Notes under the pieces: generated by a model
What the model was told of the DNA's origin: nothing
What the model saw: only the letters and a program-made list of their open reading frames with translations
Database searches by the model: none
Translations under genes and position numbers: made by a program
In this document: one piece after another, positions 1 through 8,296 of the stretch
Position numbering within the stretch: the stretch's first letter is position 1
How the letters are laid out: each line of letters begins with the position of its first letter
Assembly: GCA_963782055.1 (NCBI GenBank)
Contig: CAWAIF010000003.1
Location: 3,616,001-3,680,000 of the forward strand
Reading direction: 5' to 3'
DNA: 64,000 bases
DNA from: an uncultured delta proteobacterium
GTDB taxonomy: Bacteria; Myxococcota_A; Polyangia; Polyangiales; Polyangiaceae

Positions 1-39
1 GTGTCGCTTGAGGAAGTTGCCAACCGATTCGATCGTCAC
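1..39 (-). CDS. 5' end of a probable helix-turn-helix (RodZ-like) protein, truncated by window edge
   Basis: GGAGG RBS then GTG; reads MTIESVGNFLKRH, like the N-terminus of RodZ-type HTH proteins; directly downstream of the Tgl-like gene. Only 13 codons visible. Confidence 0.35.
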   Translation of the reverse strand, partial: MTIESVGNFLKRH

Positions 40-67
40 ATCCACCTCCGAGTGGAAGGCATGCCGC

Positions 68-913
68 TCATGGCGCCGCCGGGGCCGGCGCCGCGTCCGG
101 CTTGGAGCACCCCGCGCCGACGAGCATCGTCGCGCAGGTCTTGCCGGCCGGGGTGTCCACCGAGATGTCCCGGCAGCGAATGAGGTCGTTGCAGGCGTCG
201 GCGTGCTTGCCCAGCTTCAGGCGAACCTTGCCGCGCTCCTGCCAGGCGTCCTGCAGGTTCTGGCAGTCGGTGCTGTCCACCTCGACGGCCTGCGAGAAGT
301 TCGCCTCCGCCTGGGCGAGGTCGCGCTTCTTCTCGAAGGCCATCCCCAGCCGGTAGAAGCCCACGCAGAACTTGGGCTGGGTGACCGCGTTGCGCAGCGA
401 GGTGATCCCGGCGTCGACCTGGCCGTCCAGCACCTGCGCCCAGCCGAGGTTGCCCCAGGCCAGGTAGCTGGCGTTGTACGACGGGTCGGTGACGAGGGGC
501 TGCAGCACGGCGATCGCGTCCTTGTATTTCTCTTCCAGGATCAGCACTTGGCCGAGAAGGTTTCGAGCATCGCGGAAGGTCGGGTCTTTGTCGAGCGCTT
601 TGCGGGCGTAGGATTCGGCCTGCGCCATCCGGCAATCGGGGGACTGCAGCCCCTGATTTCCGGAGCAAAACCAAAGGTATAGCGTCGAAGTGAAATAAAG
701 AGCTTTCGCGTTGTCCCCGTTCAGATCGACCGCCTTCAGGCCGTGATCCAGGGCCGCCCGGGGCTGCCCCTTGTAGAAGTAATCGCGGGCGAGATCGTAC
801 TCGGCGTCGGACTGGCGCTCCGGGCTCTGGGCGCCGGGTGTGTTGCCGGTGCCGCATCCGATCGCGACGGCGGTCAGCGCGGTGCCGAGCAAGCGACGGA
901 CGGTCGGGGACAT
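68..913 (-). CDS. tgl: TPR-repeat lipoprotein, Tgl/PilF-like secretin pilotin
   Basis: Lipobox AVAIGC; several TPR units (ARNLLGQVL, AWGNLGWAQ, FCVGFYRLG); paired Cys pattern resembling myxobacterial Tgl. Confidence 0.65.
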   Translation of the reverse strand: MSPTVRRLLGTALTAVAIGCGTGNTPGAQSPERQSDAEYDLARDYFYKGQPRAALDHGLKAVDLNGDNAKALYFTSTLYLWFCSGNQGLQSPDCRMAQAESYARKALDKDPTFRDARNLLGQVLILEEKYKDAIAVLQPLVTDPSYNASYLAWGNLGWAQVLDGQVDAGITSLRNAVTQPKFCVGFYRLGMAFEKKRDLAQAEANFSQAVEVDSTDCQNLQDAWQERGKVRLKLGKHADACNDLIRCRDISVDTPAGKTCATMLVGAGCSKPDAAPAPAAP

Positions 914-1041
914 TGGGCAAGTCGGACGGCGGGGACCCGTCCGAGGCCGAGTCCGTAGCGCAGGCCGCCCGCCACCGTCAACCCTCGTGGCCCGGCGTGG
1001 CCGCGGGTGGACCGTACGCCCCAGGACCGCGGTCCCCTCCC

Positions 1042-1743
1042 CTACATGGCTTCTTCGCCGCGGAGCTCGTCCTTCGTGCCCATGAGGACGTAGAGCCTGC
1101 GCATCGCGTCCAGGTCGGGCAGCTCGATCTTCTCGCCGGTGATGCGCAGGTAGCCCTGATCCCGGAGGCGCTGCACGCCGCGCTTGACCGTGTCCACGTC
1201 CAGGCCGACGCGGCTGGAGAGCTCCACGGGGGAGACGGAGATCTCCGCCGCCACACCCTCGCCGTCCGCGCCCGCGCGCTGCGCCAGCTTGAGCAGGGCG
1301 CTGACGATCTTGAACTGGGTGTCGCGCAGCAGCATGATCTCGATCTGGTCCTCGGCGTCGCGCACGCGGCCGATGAGCTGCTCCATCACGCGGATGGCGA
1401 CGGCGGGGTAGTTGACCAGCAGCGACCGGAAGGTCATGCGGTCGAGGGCGAGGGCCACGCCGTCGGTGAGGGCGACGGCGGTGGAGTTGCGCGCGGCGGC
1501 GTCGAGCAGCGCGGACTCCCCGAAGAGATCGCCCGGCTTCAGCACGATGAGGCTGCGCTCCATCGTCCGCACGCGCTTGAGCAGGCGCACGCGGCCCTCC
1601 TGCAGCAGGTAGGCGTCGCCGGACGGCTCGCCCTCCTTGAAGAGGGTCTCGCCCGCCACGAAGGCCCGGCCGTAGCGGGCGGTGAGCCGGGCGTGCTCGG
1701 CGGTGCCGATCTCGACATCTTCGTCACGGGGAGCGTCGGTCAT
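1042..1743 (-). CDS. Crp/Fnr-family transcriptional regulator
   Basis: cNMP-binding barrel (LFKEGE, GDLFGESALL, RNSTAVA) and C-terminal HTH (ELSSRVGLDVDTVKRGVQRL); no Cys residues. Confidence 0.9.
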   Translation of the reverse strand: MTDAPRDEDVEIGTAEHARLTARYGRAFVAGETLFKEGEPSGDAYLLQEGRVRLLKRVRTMERSLIVLKPGDLFGESALLDAAARNSTAVALTDGVALALDRMTFRSLLVNYPAVAIRVMEQLIGRVRDAEDQIEIMLLRDTQFKIVSALLKLAQRAGADGEGVAAEISVSPVELSSRVGLDVDTVKRGVQRLRDQGYLRITGEKIELPDLDAMRRLYVLMGTKDELRGEEAM

Positions 1744-1783
1744 GTCGGCGTGCCCAACAGACGTACCAGAAAGCCCTTGCGCC

Positions 1784-2371
1784 CTAAAGCGTTCCCTTCG
1801 TCGACGGAACGCCCCGCGCCCGCGGGTCCACTCGCGTCGCCGCGGCGAGCGACTTGGCGAACGCCTTGAAGCAGATCTCCACGATGTGGTGCAGGTTGCG
1901 GCCGGCGTGCAGGACGACGTGCAGGTTGCACTGCGCGCCGCGGGCGAAGCCCTCGAAGAAGACCTCGGTGAGCTCGCTGTCCCAGGTGCCCAGCTTGGCC
2001 TTGGGGAGCGGCACCTCCCAGACGAAGAAGGTGCGACCGGAGAGGTCGAGCGCGACCGTGGCGCGCGCCTCGTCCATCGGCAGGGTCGCCCAGCCGTAGC
2101 GGGCGATCCCCGCCTTGTCGCCGAGCGCCTGCGCCACCGCCTGCCCCAGCACGATCGCCAGGTCCTCCGTCGTGTGGTGGCCGTCGATCTCCACGTCCCC
2201 CTCGGCGCGGACGGTGAGGTCGACGAGGCCGTGCCGGCCGACCTGCTCGACCATGTGCGAGAGGAAGGGCAAGGGCGTCTGGACGTCGACCTTGCCGGTG
2301 CCGTCGAGGTCCAGCGTCACCTCGATGCGCGTTTCCTTCGTGGTGCGGGAGACTGTCGCGACGCGACCCAT
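1784..2371 (-). CDS. hisB: Imidazoleglycerol-phosphate dehydratase
   Basis: RTTKET, DGHHTTED, PMDEA, NLHHIVE and C-terminal PSTKGTL motifs; start set at ATG 2371. Confidence 0.97.
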   Translation of the reverse strand: MGRVATVSRTTKETRIEVTLDLDGTGKVDVQTPLPFLSHMVEQVGRHGLVDLTVRAEGDVEIDGHHTTEDLAIVLGQAVAQALGDKAGIARYGWATLPMDEARATVALDLSGRTFFVWEVPLPKAKLGTWDSELTEVFFEGFARGAQCNLHVVLHAGRNLHHIVEICFKAFAKSLAAATRVDPRARGVPSTKGTL

Positions 2372-2419
2372 GGAGGACGAAGTAGACCACGCGCGCGGGC
2401 GCGAGGCCAAACGGGCGCG

Positions 2420-3124
2420 TTACTTCGTCGCCAGGCTGTCCAGCAGGGTGTCGAGCTCCGCGCGGGCGGCGGTGACGCTCTTCTGCGGGCCGGTCATCTT
2501 GAAGAAGTGCGGCATGCCGGGCGTCTCGACGATGGCGCCGAGGAGCTGCCAGTTTTGCTCGGCGCCGCCGCTCATGCCACCGCCGAAGGTGCCCTCGACG
2601 CTGACCACGGTGACGTTCAGTCCCTTGACGGTGCGCTTGGTGACCATCGACTTCTTCTCGCCCTGGAACTGGTCGATCCAGCGCTGCACGTTGGCGTCCA
2701 CGCCGCCGCCGGCCTGGGTGACCGACAGCTCGGGGTCCGAGGTGTCGCCGGGGGCGTGCGGGATGCGGTAGGTCGCCAGGCGCATCGGGCTGGGGTTGGG
2801 TACCTTCTGCCAGCGCGCGGGCGCCGTCCACGTCAGGTTGCTCTCCGCCGCGGGCGGAGCCGTCATGCCGGCGGCGCCCATGCCCGCCGCGCCGCCCATG
2901 TCCCCGATCGGCGGGTGTCCAGGGGGTAGGTCGCCGGTCATCCCGCCGCCCATGTCCTCGTTGGGCTGGGGGTCCGCCGCCTGGTTGGCCACCGGCTCCG
3001 CTGCCCGGGCGACGGCCTCGGGCGTGGAGCGGTAAGCCTGACCGGCGGCGAAGGCCCCCGCGCCCACGATCGCCGCGACGATGACGACCGTGGGCAGACC
3101 GACCTTGACGTCTGCAAAGCTCAA
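2420..3124 (-). CDS. Membrane-anchored periplasmic protein with LPPGHPPI motif, co-transcribed with the cytochrome gene
   Basis: N-terminal TM; Met/Gly-rich linker with GDLPPGHPPIG; globular domain (MRLATY, ANVQRWIDQF, FFKMTGP); starts 10 nt after the stop of 3135..4436. Confidence 0.7.
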   Translation of the reverse strand: MSFADVKVGLPTVVIVAAIVGAGAFAAGQAYRSTPEAVARAAEPVANQAADPQPNEDMGGGMTGDLPPGHPPIGDMGGAAGMGAAGMTAPPAAESNLTWTAPARWQKVPNPSPMRLATYRIPHAPGDTSDPELSVTQAGGGVDANVQRWIDQFQGEKKSMVTKRTVKGLNVTVVSVEGTFGGGMSGGAEQNWQLLGAIVETPGMPHFFKMTGPQKSVTAARAELDTLLDSLATK

Positions 3125-3134
3125 GCTGTTCTTC

Positions 3135-4436
3135 TCACTGGGGTCGGCTGGGGAGGCTGCTGGGATCGGAGCCCTTGAGGGTCACGATGGAGTCCCAGAG
3201 CAGCTGCTTGGTGTAGGTGGGGTTGTGCACCCCGAAGTCGCCGCCGTGGGCGACCAGGAGGAAGTTGTATAGCGCGCCGGCGTGGGGTCCGTCGATGCTC
3301 AGGTTGCTCCCGTTGGTGCCGCTGCCCGCGCGCACCTTGTCCAGGGCGAACTGCCCGTCGGCCAGCTCATCCGGCTGCAAGGGGAGGTTCGGCTTGGTGG
3401 TGGAACGGGTGAGGTAGCCGGCGTCGTTGAGCAGGCCCTGGAGCTCGAAGAGCCCGTCGCGCACCAGCGACTGGCCGCCCTGAACGTCGTAGTTGGTGCC
3501 CTGGTAGGTGGTGTGGCAGGTCTTGCAGAAGGAGACCTTGGGCACCAGCGAGTGATCCGGCACGTTGGCGTTGTCGGGGTTGGGGCCCATGTGACAGCTG
3601 ACGCACGCGTTGGCGATCGTCATGTGGGTGGAGGTGCCGTACTTCATGCCGGCGAACTCGTAGCCACCCTTGCCGCTGTAGATGTCGCTCTGCGGCCCCT
3701 CGTGCGGGCCCCAGTAGGGGCTGGAAAGGACGTTGCCCGTCGCGGTGACGTAGGCGGTCACGTCCTTGCGCGACTTGTGGCAGAAGACGCAGACGTTGGC
3801 GGCCTTGAGGCTGATCGTCTGCCCTACGCCCGCCCCGCCGTCGGGGCTCTTCTCCAGGTAGACGACGTCGTTGGGACCGCCGGGGACGCGGATGGGCGCC
3901 GAGCCGGCGACGTACTTGCCGGTGACGTGCGGGTCGTTGGTGGAGTTGAAGTCGTGGCAGGTGGTGCAGTGGATCAGGCCGATGGTGCTCGAGCCGCCGT
4001 AGCCGATCTCGGTGACCTTGCCGTTGTTGGCGAGGAAGTTGGTGTGCCCCTTCGGCACGTCCACCGGCGTGCCGGCGTCGTCCGCGATGGAGTACATGTT
4101 GGCGACACGTTGCTGGATGCCATCCACCGCGTGGCAGTTGCCGCACGCCTCGCCGGGGGTGACCTCGCTCTCCTGCGGGTGCGAGTGCGCGCTCAGCTTC
4201 CACTCGTCGACGACGCCGCCGAAGGTGTGGCAGGGCGCAGTGCACGCGCCGCCGCCCGCGTCGGGGATCGTCGTCGGGCCGGCCGGACCCTCGGGGCCCG
4301 CCGGGCCTGTCGGGCCTGCGGCGCCGATCATGCCGGCCGCTCCCGGATCTCCCTTGTCGCCCGTGCAAGCGACCACAAGACCGACAGACATGATGGTGGC
4401 AAAGAAAGCGGTGAAGAGGGAGCGAGGGCGGGTCAT
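3135..4436 (-). CDS. Hexaheme c-type cytochrome lipoprotein with collagen-like stalk, resembling the C-terminal part of Geobacter OmcB/OmcC
   Basis: Lipobox GLVVAC; about ten Gly-X-Y triplets; CTAPCH plus CGNCH, CTTCH, CVFCH, CVSCH, CKTCH; GPHEGPQ and GVHNPTYTKQLLWDSI; AGGA RBS before ATG 4436. Confidence 0.85.
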   Translation of the reverse strand: MTRPRSLFTAFFATIMSVGLVVACTGDKGDPGAAGMIGAAGPTGPAGPEGPAGPTTIPDAGGGACTAPCHTFGGVVDEWKLSAHSHPQESEVTPGEACGNCHAVDGIQQRVANMYSIADDAGTPVDVPKGHTNFLANNGKVTEIGYGGSSTIGLIHCTTCHDFNSTNDPHVTGKYVAGSAPIRVPGGPNDVVYLEKSPDGGAGVGQTISLKAANVCVFCHKSRKDVTAYVTATGNVLSSPYWGPHEGPQSDIYSGKGGYEFAGMKYGTSTHMTIANACVSCHMGPNPDNANVPDHSLVPKVSFCKTCHTTYQGTNYDVQGGQSLVRDGLFELQGLLNDAGYLTRSTTKPNLPLQPDELADGQFALDKVRAGSGTNGSNLSIDGPHAGALYNFLLVAHGGDFGVHNPTYTKQLLWDSIVTLKGSDPSSLPSRPQ

Positions 4437-4586
4437 GGGAGTCCTTCCTACTGGCGAGTTCGGTGGTGGATGCGAGGCCACGCCCCTGACGTCGCATGGG
4501 AACTGGTCGTCGACGCCCCCGAAGACTGGGCGGGCGGGCCTGCAGACGGTTGCCAGACCGGCTGCCTCGCCCCCGAAGACCACCTA

Positions 4587-4602
4587 AGCAGAGGTCATGC
4601 CG
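4587..4602 (-). promoter_or_regulatory. Putative sigma54 (-24/-12) promoter for the leftward cytochrome unit
   Basis: Minus strand CGGCAT-GACCT-CTGCT; exact GG-N10-GC spacing. Confidence 0.45.
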
Positions 4603-4662
4603 ACGTGATAGAAGCGCAAAGGTGAGTATGGCAAGGCGAAACGCACTGCAGACCGCGCGCCA

Positions 4663-4678
4663 CGGCGAATACTTTGCA
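4663..4678 (+). promoter_or_regulatory. Putative sigma54 (-24/-12) promoter for the rightward cytochrome gene
   Basis: CGGCGA-ATACT-TTGCA; GG-N10-GC with a perfect TTGCA -12 box, ~65 nt before ATG 4744. Confidence 0.45.
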
Positions 4679-4743
4679 GGCGTCCCCTGCCGACTCGTGG
4701 TGACAACGGTGCGTCGGCCGGCGGGATGCATGTCGGGACGGCC

Positions 4744-6282
4744 ATGAGGGTGCTGGAACGGTGGAACGTGCGAGCGCTGGTGGCCCTCACGGCGGCCCTG
4801 TCCTGCTGCAGCGAGGCGCGGGACGACACCGGTCTGCCGCCCACCTACCACGGCAGCGTGGCGACGATCCTGGACGCCAGGTGCGCGAGCTGCCACTCCG
4901 GCGCTGCTCCCGCGGGCGGGTGGCGCGCGGACACCTACCTGGGGGCGATCGGGTGCACGGCGGACGGGACGCCGGCGATTGGACCCGGGCCAGTACCCAT
5001 CCTGACCGCGCTGGACCGGCCCGACCACGCCGGCTTCGCGACTGCGGACGAGCGCGACGAGCTCGCCCGATGGATCGCCGCCGGTGCGCCCAGCATCCGG
5101 AGCGGGACGCACGACGCCTCCTTCGCCGACCCTCGCTCGCCCGACAGCCACGGCCGCTTCCTGCGCGCGATGCGCTGGCGGCCGATGCTCGACCCGAAGG
5201 ACCCCGACGCGTGTGGCAAGTGCCACGACGGCGCGCCCACGCGACCGGCGGGCGCGCAGGGCTTCGCCCCCGGCGCCACGCCCTGCACCACCTGCCACAC
5301 TGACCCCGGCGGCGCGCTCGCGTGCAGCACGTGCCACGGCTCCCCCGGCAAGGCCTCCCCCCCGCGCGACAAGTGCTTCTTCCCCGATGACCCTCCGGAC
5401 GTCATCCACCCCGCGCACACAGGGCCGAGCCCGTCGAACGCGGGCGGCCTCCCCTGCTCCACCTGCCACCCGCAGCCGGCGCAGGGCCAGTTCGACGGCA
5501 CGCACGGCGATGGCCACGTGGAGGTCTGGTTCGACTACGCGGTAGCCGGCAACCAGGCGCACTTCGACGAGACCACCAAGCAGTGCACCGGCACCTGCCA
5601 CGACAAGGGCGGCGCGCGTCCCGGCCCCTCCTGGACCGAGACGACACCGATGACCTGCAACGACTGCCACACGTCGCCGCCGGCCAACCACTACGCGGGC
5701 GCGTGCACCTCCTGCCACAAGGAGGCGAACGCCACGGGCACGGCGCTCGTGGACCCGCACCTGCACGTCAACGGCAAGGTGGATCTGGGCGACGGCAGCG
5801 GCAAGTGCGGGGCGTGCCATGGCGCCGGTGACCGCCCCTGGCCGTCGACAGGCGCGCACCTGGCGCACCTGCTGCCCAAGTTCGCGGCGCCAGTGTCGTG
5901 CGACACCTGCCACCCGGTGCCGGGCGCGGGGGACAAGCACCCACTCGGACTCGGCGCCCCCATCGTGCGGCTGGTGGGCCTGGCGACGGCCGGCGCCCGC
6001 CACCCGACCTACGATCCGCAGACCAAGACTTGTGCGGACACCTACTGCCACGCGGGCCCCGGCGCGAGCGTGCCCGCGCCCAAGTGGACCGACGGGCCGA
6101 AGGCGATCACCTGCGGCGGGTGCCACGCCATCCCGCCGAGCGCCCCGCACTCGACGGGCACCAACTGCAGCACCACCACGTGCCACCAGGGATCGACGAC
6201 GCTGATCGCCAGCGGACCCGTGCTCACGCCTGCGGGCGCGAAGGTCCACGTGAACGGGGTGATCGACCGGCAGGTGCCCTAG
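4744..6282 (+). CDS. ~13-heme c-type cytochrome lipoprotein: planctomycete-type monoheme domain plus CxxxxCH/CxxCH repeats
   Basis: Lipobox-like AALSCC; 10 CxxCH plus CTGTCH, CADTYCH, CSTTTCH; repeated HVNG and W-x(6-8)-CxxCH elements; start could also be GTG 4768. Confidence 0.88.
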   Translation: MRVLERWNVRALVALTAALSCCSEARDDTGLPPTYHGSVATILDARCASCHSGAAPAGGWRADTYLGAIGCTADGTPAIGPGPVPILTALDRPDHAGFATADERDELARWIAAGAPSIRSGTHDASFADPRSPDSHGRFLRAMRWRPMLDPKDPDACGKCHDGAPTRPAGAQGFAPGATPCTTCHTDPGGALACSTCHGSPGKASPPRDKCFFPDDPPDVIHPAHTGPSPSNAGGLPCSTCHPQPAQGQFDGTHGDGHVEVWFDYAVAGNQAHFDETTKQCTGTCHDKGGARPGPSWTETTPMTCNDCHTSPPANHYAGACTSCHKEANATGTALVDPHLHVNGKVDLGDGSGKCGACHGAGDRPWPSTGAHLAHLLPKFAAPVSCDTCHPVPGAGDKHPLGLGAPIVRLVGLATAGARHPTYDPQTKTCADTYCHAGPGASVPAPKWTDGPKAITCGGCHAIPPSAPHSTGTNCSTTTCHQGSTTLIASGPVLTPAGAKVHVNGVIDRQVP

Positions 6283-6295
6283 GGGCGTTCCGCGG

Positions 6296-8296
6296 CTAGC
6301 GCCGGAAGACGTGGCAGCCGTTGCATGCGGCGGCGGCGGGCTGGTGACCGCGCCTGTCGGTGTGGCACTTGCCGGTGCACGTGACGCGGTCGGCGTGCGG
6401 CGGACCGTGGGGGACGTGGCAGGTCAGGCAGGCGATGGCGTGACCCCGCACCGTGTGAAGACCGGGGAGCCGCGCGCGCTGGTGACAGGTGGTGCAGGCG
6501 GGCGGTGAGGCCGGCCCCATGGGGCCGTGGGGCCGGTGGCATGTCCGACAGCCCGCCGCGGCGAGCACGCCCACCGGGCGGCCGTGGATGGCCTTCGCCT
6601 TGTCGGCGTGGCAGCTCGTGCAGGCCGCGTGGACGCCGAGCGAGCCGGAGTGCGGGTCGTGGCAGCCGGTGCACTTCGCGTGGCCCGGCGGCGCGGTGTG
6701 CACCTCGGTCGCGTGACAGGACACGCACGTCGGCTTCGCCACCGGGGTGTGGGGCGCGCCGTGGCAGCCCTGGCAGTTGCGGTGGCCGGGGCGCTCCAGG
6801 ACGGCGGTCGCCATCGGCACGTGGCAGCGACCGCAGAGCTGTGGGCCGAGGCTGGCCAGGTTGAACTGGTGCGGGCGGTGACAGCCCTCGCACCGCACCT
6901 TGCCGGGGGCGTGGAAGGACCGGTCGTCGTGCGCCTGCGAGTGGCAGGTGGAGCACGCCGACGCCACCGTGGACGGCGATGTCGGGTGCGGGCTGTGACA
7001 GCCGACGCACGCACCAGGCTGCGGCGGACCGGCGGGGCTGGTCCCGCTCTTGACGGAGGCGAACTGCGCGGCCGCCGCCGGGTGGCTCGGGTGCACGCCC
7101 TGGTGACAGCCGGCGCACGCGAGCGCCGGCGACGCGCCTGGACGATGAGGATCGTGGCAGCTGGTGCAGACCGCGTGTGCCGGCACGCGGTCCGACGCAA
7201 GCGCGTGCACGCCGGCGTGACACCCGCCGCACGAGGAGGCGGCCTGGCTGAAGGCGTGCGGCTTGTGGCACCCGGTGCAGGAGTGCCCGGCAGTCGCCAG
7301 CGCGCCGGAGTGGTCCTGGTGACAGCCCAGGCACGGCTTGACCGTGGCGCGGGTGGCGTCGTGAGGGATATGGCAGGTGTCGCACGCCTCGTGGCCAGCC
7401 ACGTGCGGGCCGAAGGGCCGCACCTTCGGCGCGGAGACCGAGAGGGCGGCGAGCATCGGGCCGGGGCGATCGGAGGGCGGGCCGGTGCGCGCGGTGGTGG
7501 CGGCGAAGCCCGCGCCGACGTGGCACTTCATGCACACGGTCCGCGCCTGCGCCAGGGTGGCGTGGGGCGCGTGGCAGGTGGTGCAGACCTGCCCGGGCGC
7601 CGCGTGCTCCGGCGCGAGGGGCGCGGCCACCGAGGCCAGCTCCCCTTCGCGCGGGGCCACGAAGGGAGGCGACGGGGCGCCAGCCTCTCGGGCCGCCGTG
7701 ACGGCCGCGGCCACGGGGTGGACCTCCGCGTCGATGGGGACGCCCGCGTCCCGTACCGCCACGGCGAAGCCGTCGTGCTTCGCCCCGACGCCGGCGTGAC
7801 ACGTCGTGCAGTCGGCCAGCACCACCGCGCCCGCCCGCGTGGCGGGGTGCATGACGTGGCACGCGTCGCACGCGACATCGGCCGTCGCGTGACCCGCAAT
7901 GGCGGCCACGGCGCCTTGCGGCTTGGTGTGGCACGTCACGCACGGAGTGGCGGCCCCCGGCCGGAATGCATGACACGTCAAGCACGTGGTGGGCGACCGC
8001 GCGTCGCCGACGTGGGCGTGCGCGACCTCGGCGGCGTGGCACCCCTTGCAGACGCTCACCTGGGGGTGTGGGTCGAAGGTGTTGCCCTCACCGTGGCACT
8101 TGCCACAGGGGATGTGCTTCTGGTCGACGTGGACCTTGTGCATCGGCGCGGTGCGCGCCTGCTGCCAGGTGAGCGGCACCGCCTCCTTCGGCGAGGGCAG
8201 CGGCGTACGCTGCCGCGCCAGGAAGAAGACCAGCACCCCGAGCGCCGCGGTGAGCGCGAGGGCGGCGAGCCAGACTCGAGCGCGGGGCAGCTTCAT
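6296..8296 (-). CDS. ~27-heme c-type cytochrome with N-terminal membrane anchor
   Basis: 666 aa from ATG 8296 (ATGA overlap with upstream stop); 26 CxxCH plus CTGKCH, many as paired CxxCHxPH...CxxCH units. Confidence 0.92.
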   Translation of the reverse strand: MKLPRARVWLAALALTAALGVLVFFLARQRTPLPSPKEAVPLTWQQARTAPMHKVHVDQKHIPCGKCHGEGNTFDPHPQVSVCKGCHAAEVAHAHVGDARSPTTCLTCHAFRPGAATPCVTCHTKPQGAVAAIAGHATADVACDACHVMHPATRAGAVVLADCTTCHAGVGAKHDGFAVAVRDAGVPIDAEVHPVAAAVTAAREAGAPSPPFVAPREGELASVAAPLAPEHAAPGQVCTTCHAPHATLAQARTVCMKCHVGAGFAATTARTGPPSDRPGPMLAALSVSAPKVRPFGPHVAGHEACDTCHIPHDATRATVKPCLGCHQDHSGALATAGHSCTGCHKPHAFSQAASSCGGCHAGVHALASDRVPAHAVCTSCHDPHRPGASPALACAGCHQGVHPSHPAAAAQFASVKSGTSPAGPPQPGACVGCHSPHPTSPSTVASACSTCHSQAHDDRSFHAPGKVRCEGCHRPHQFNLASLGPQLCGRCHVPMATAVLERPGHRNCQGCHGAPHTPVAKPTCVSCHATEVHTAPPGHAKCTGCHDPHSGSLGVHAACTSCHADKAKAIHGRPVGVLAAAGCRTCHRPHGPMGPASPPACTTCHQRARLPGLHTVRGHAIACLTCHVPHGPPHADRVTCTGKCHTDRRGHQPAAAACNGCHVFRR

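Noticed and set aside
1042..1743. O2-sensing FNR controlling the cytochromes
   Set aside because: The protein has no cysteines, so no Fe-S cluster; no clear FNR box in the cytochrome promoter regions.
3135..4436. NrfA nitrite reductase pairing with the NapC/NrfH-like gene
   Set aside because: No CxxCK catalytic motif; lipoprotein with collagen stalk; not adjacent to the NapC-like gene.
4541..4556. Additional sigma54 motif CTGGCAACCGTCTGCA (minus strand)
   Set aside because: GG to GC spacing is 9 nt rather than the required 10.
3367..6249. 960-aa minus-strand ORF and similar long ORFs (11699..14350, 27809..30535, 34289..37114, 41558..44446, 46530..49055, 56143..58845)
   Set aside because: Arg/Ala/Gly-rich antisense or off-frame shadows of well-supported genes, expected in stop-poor high-GC DNA.
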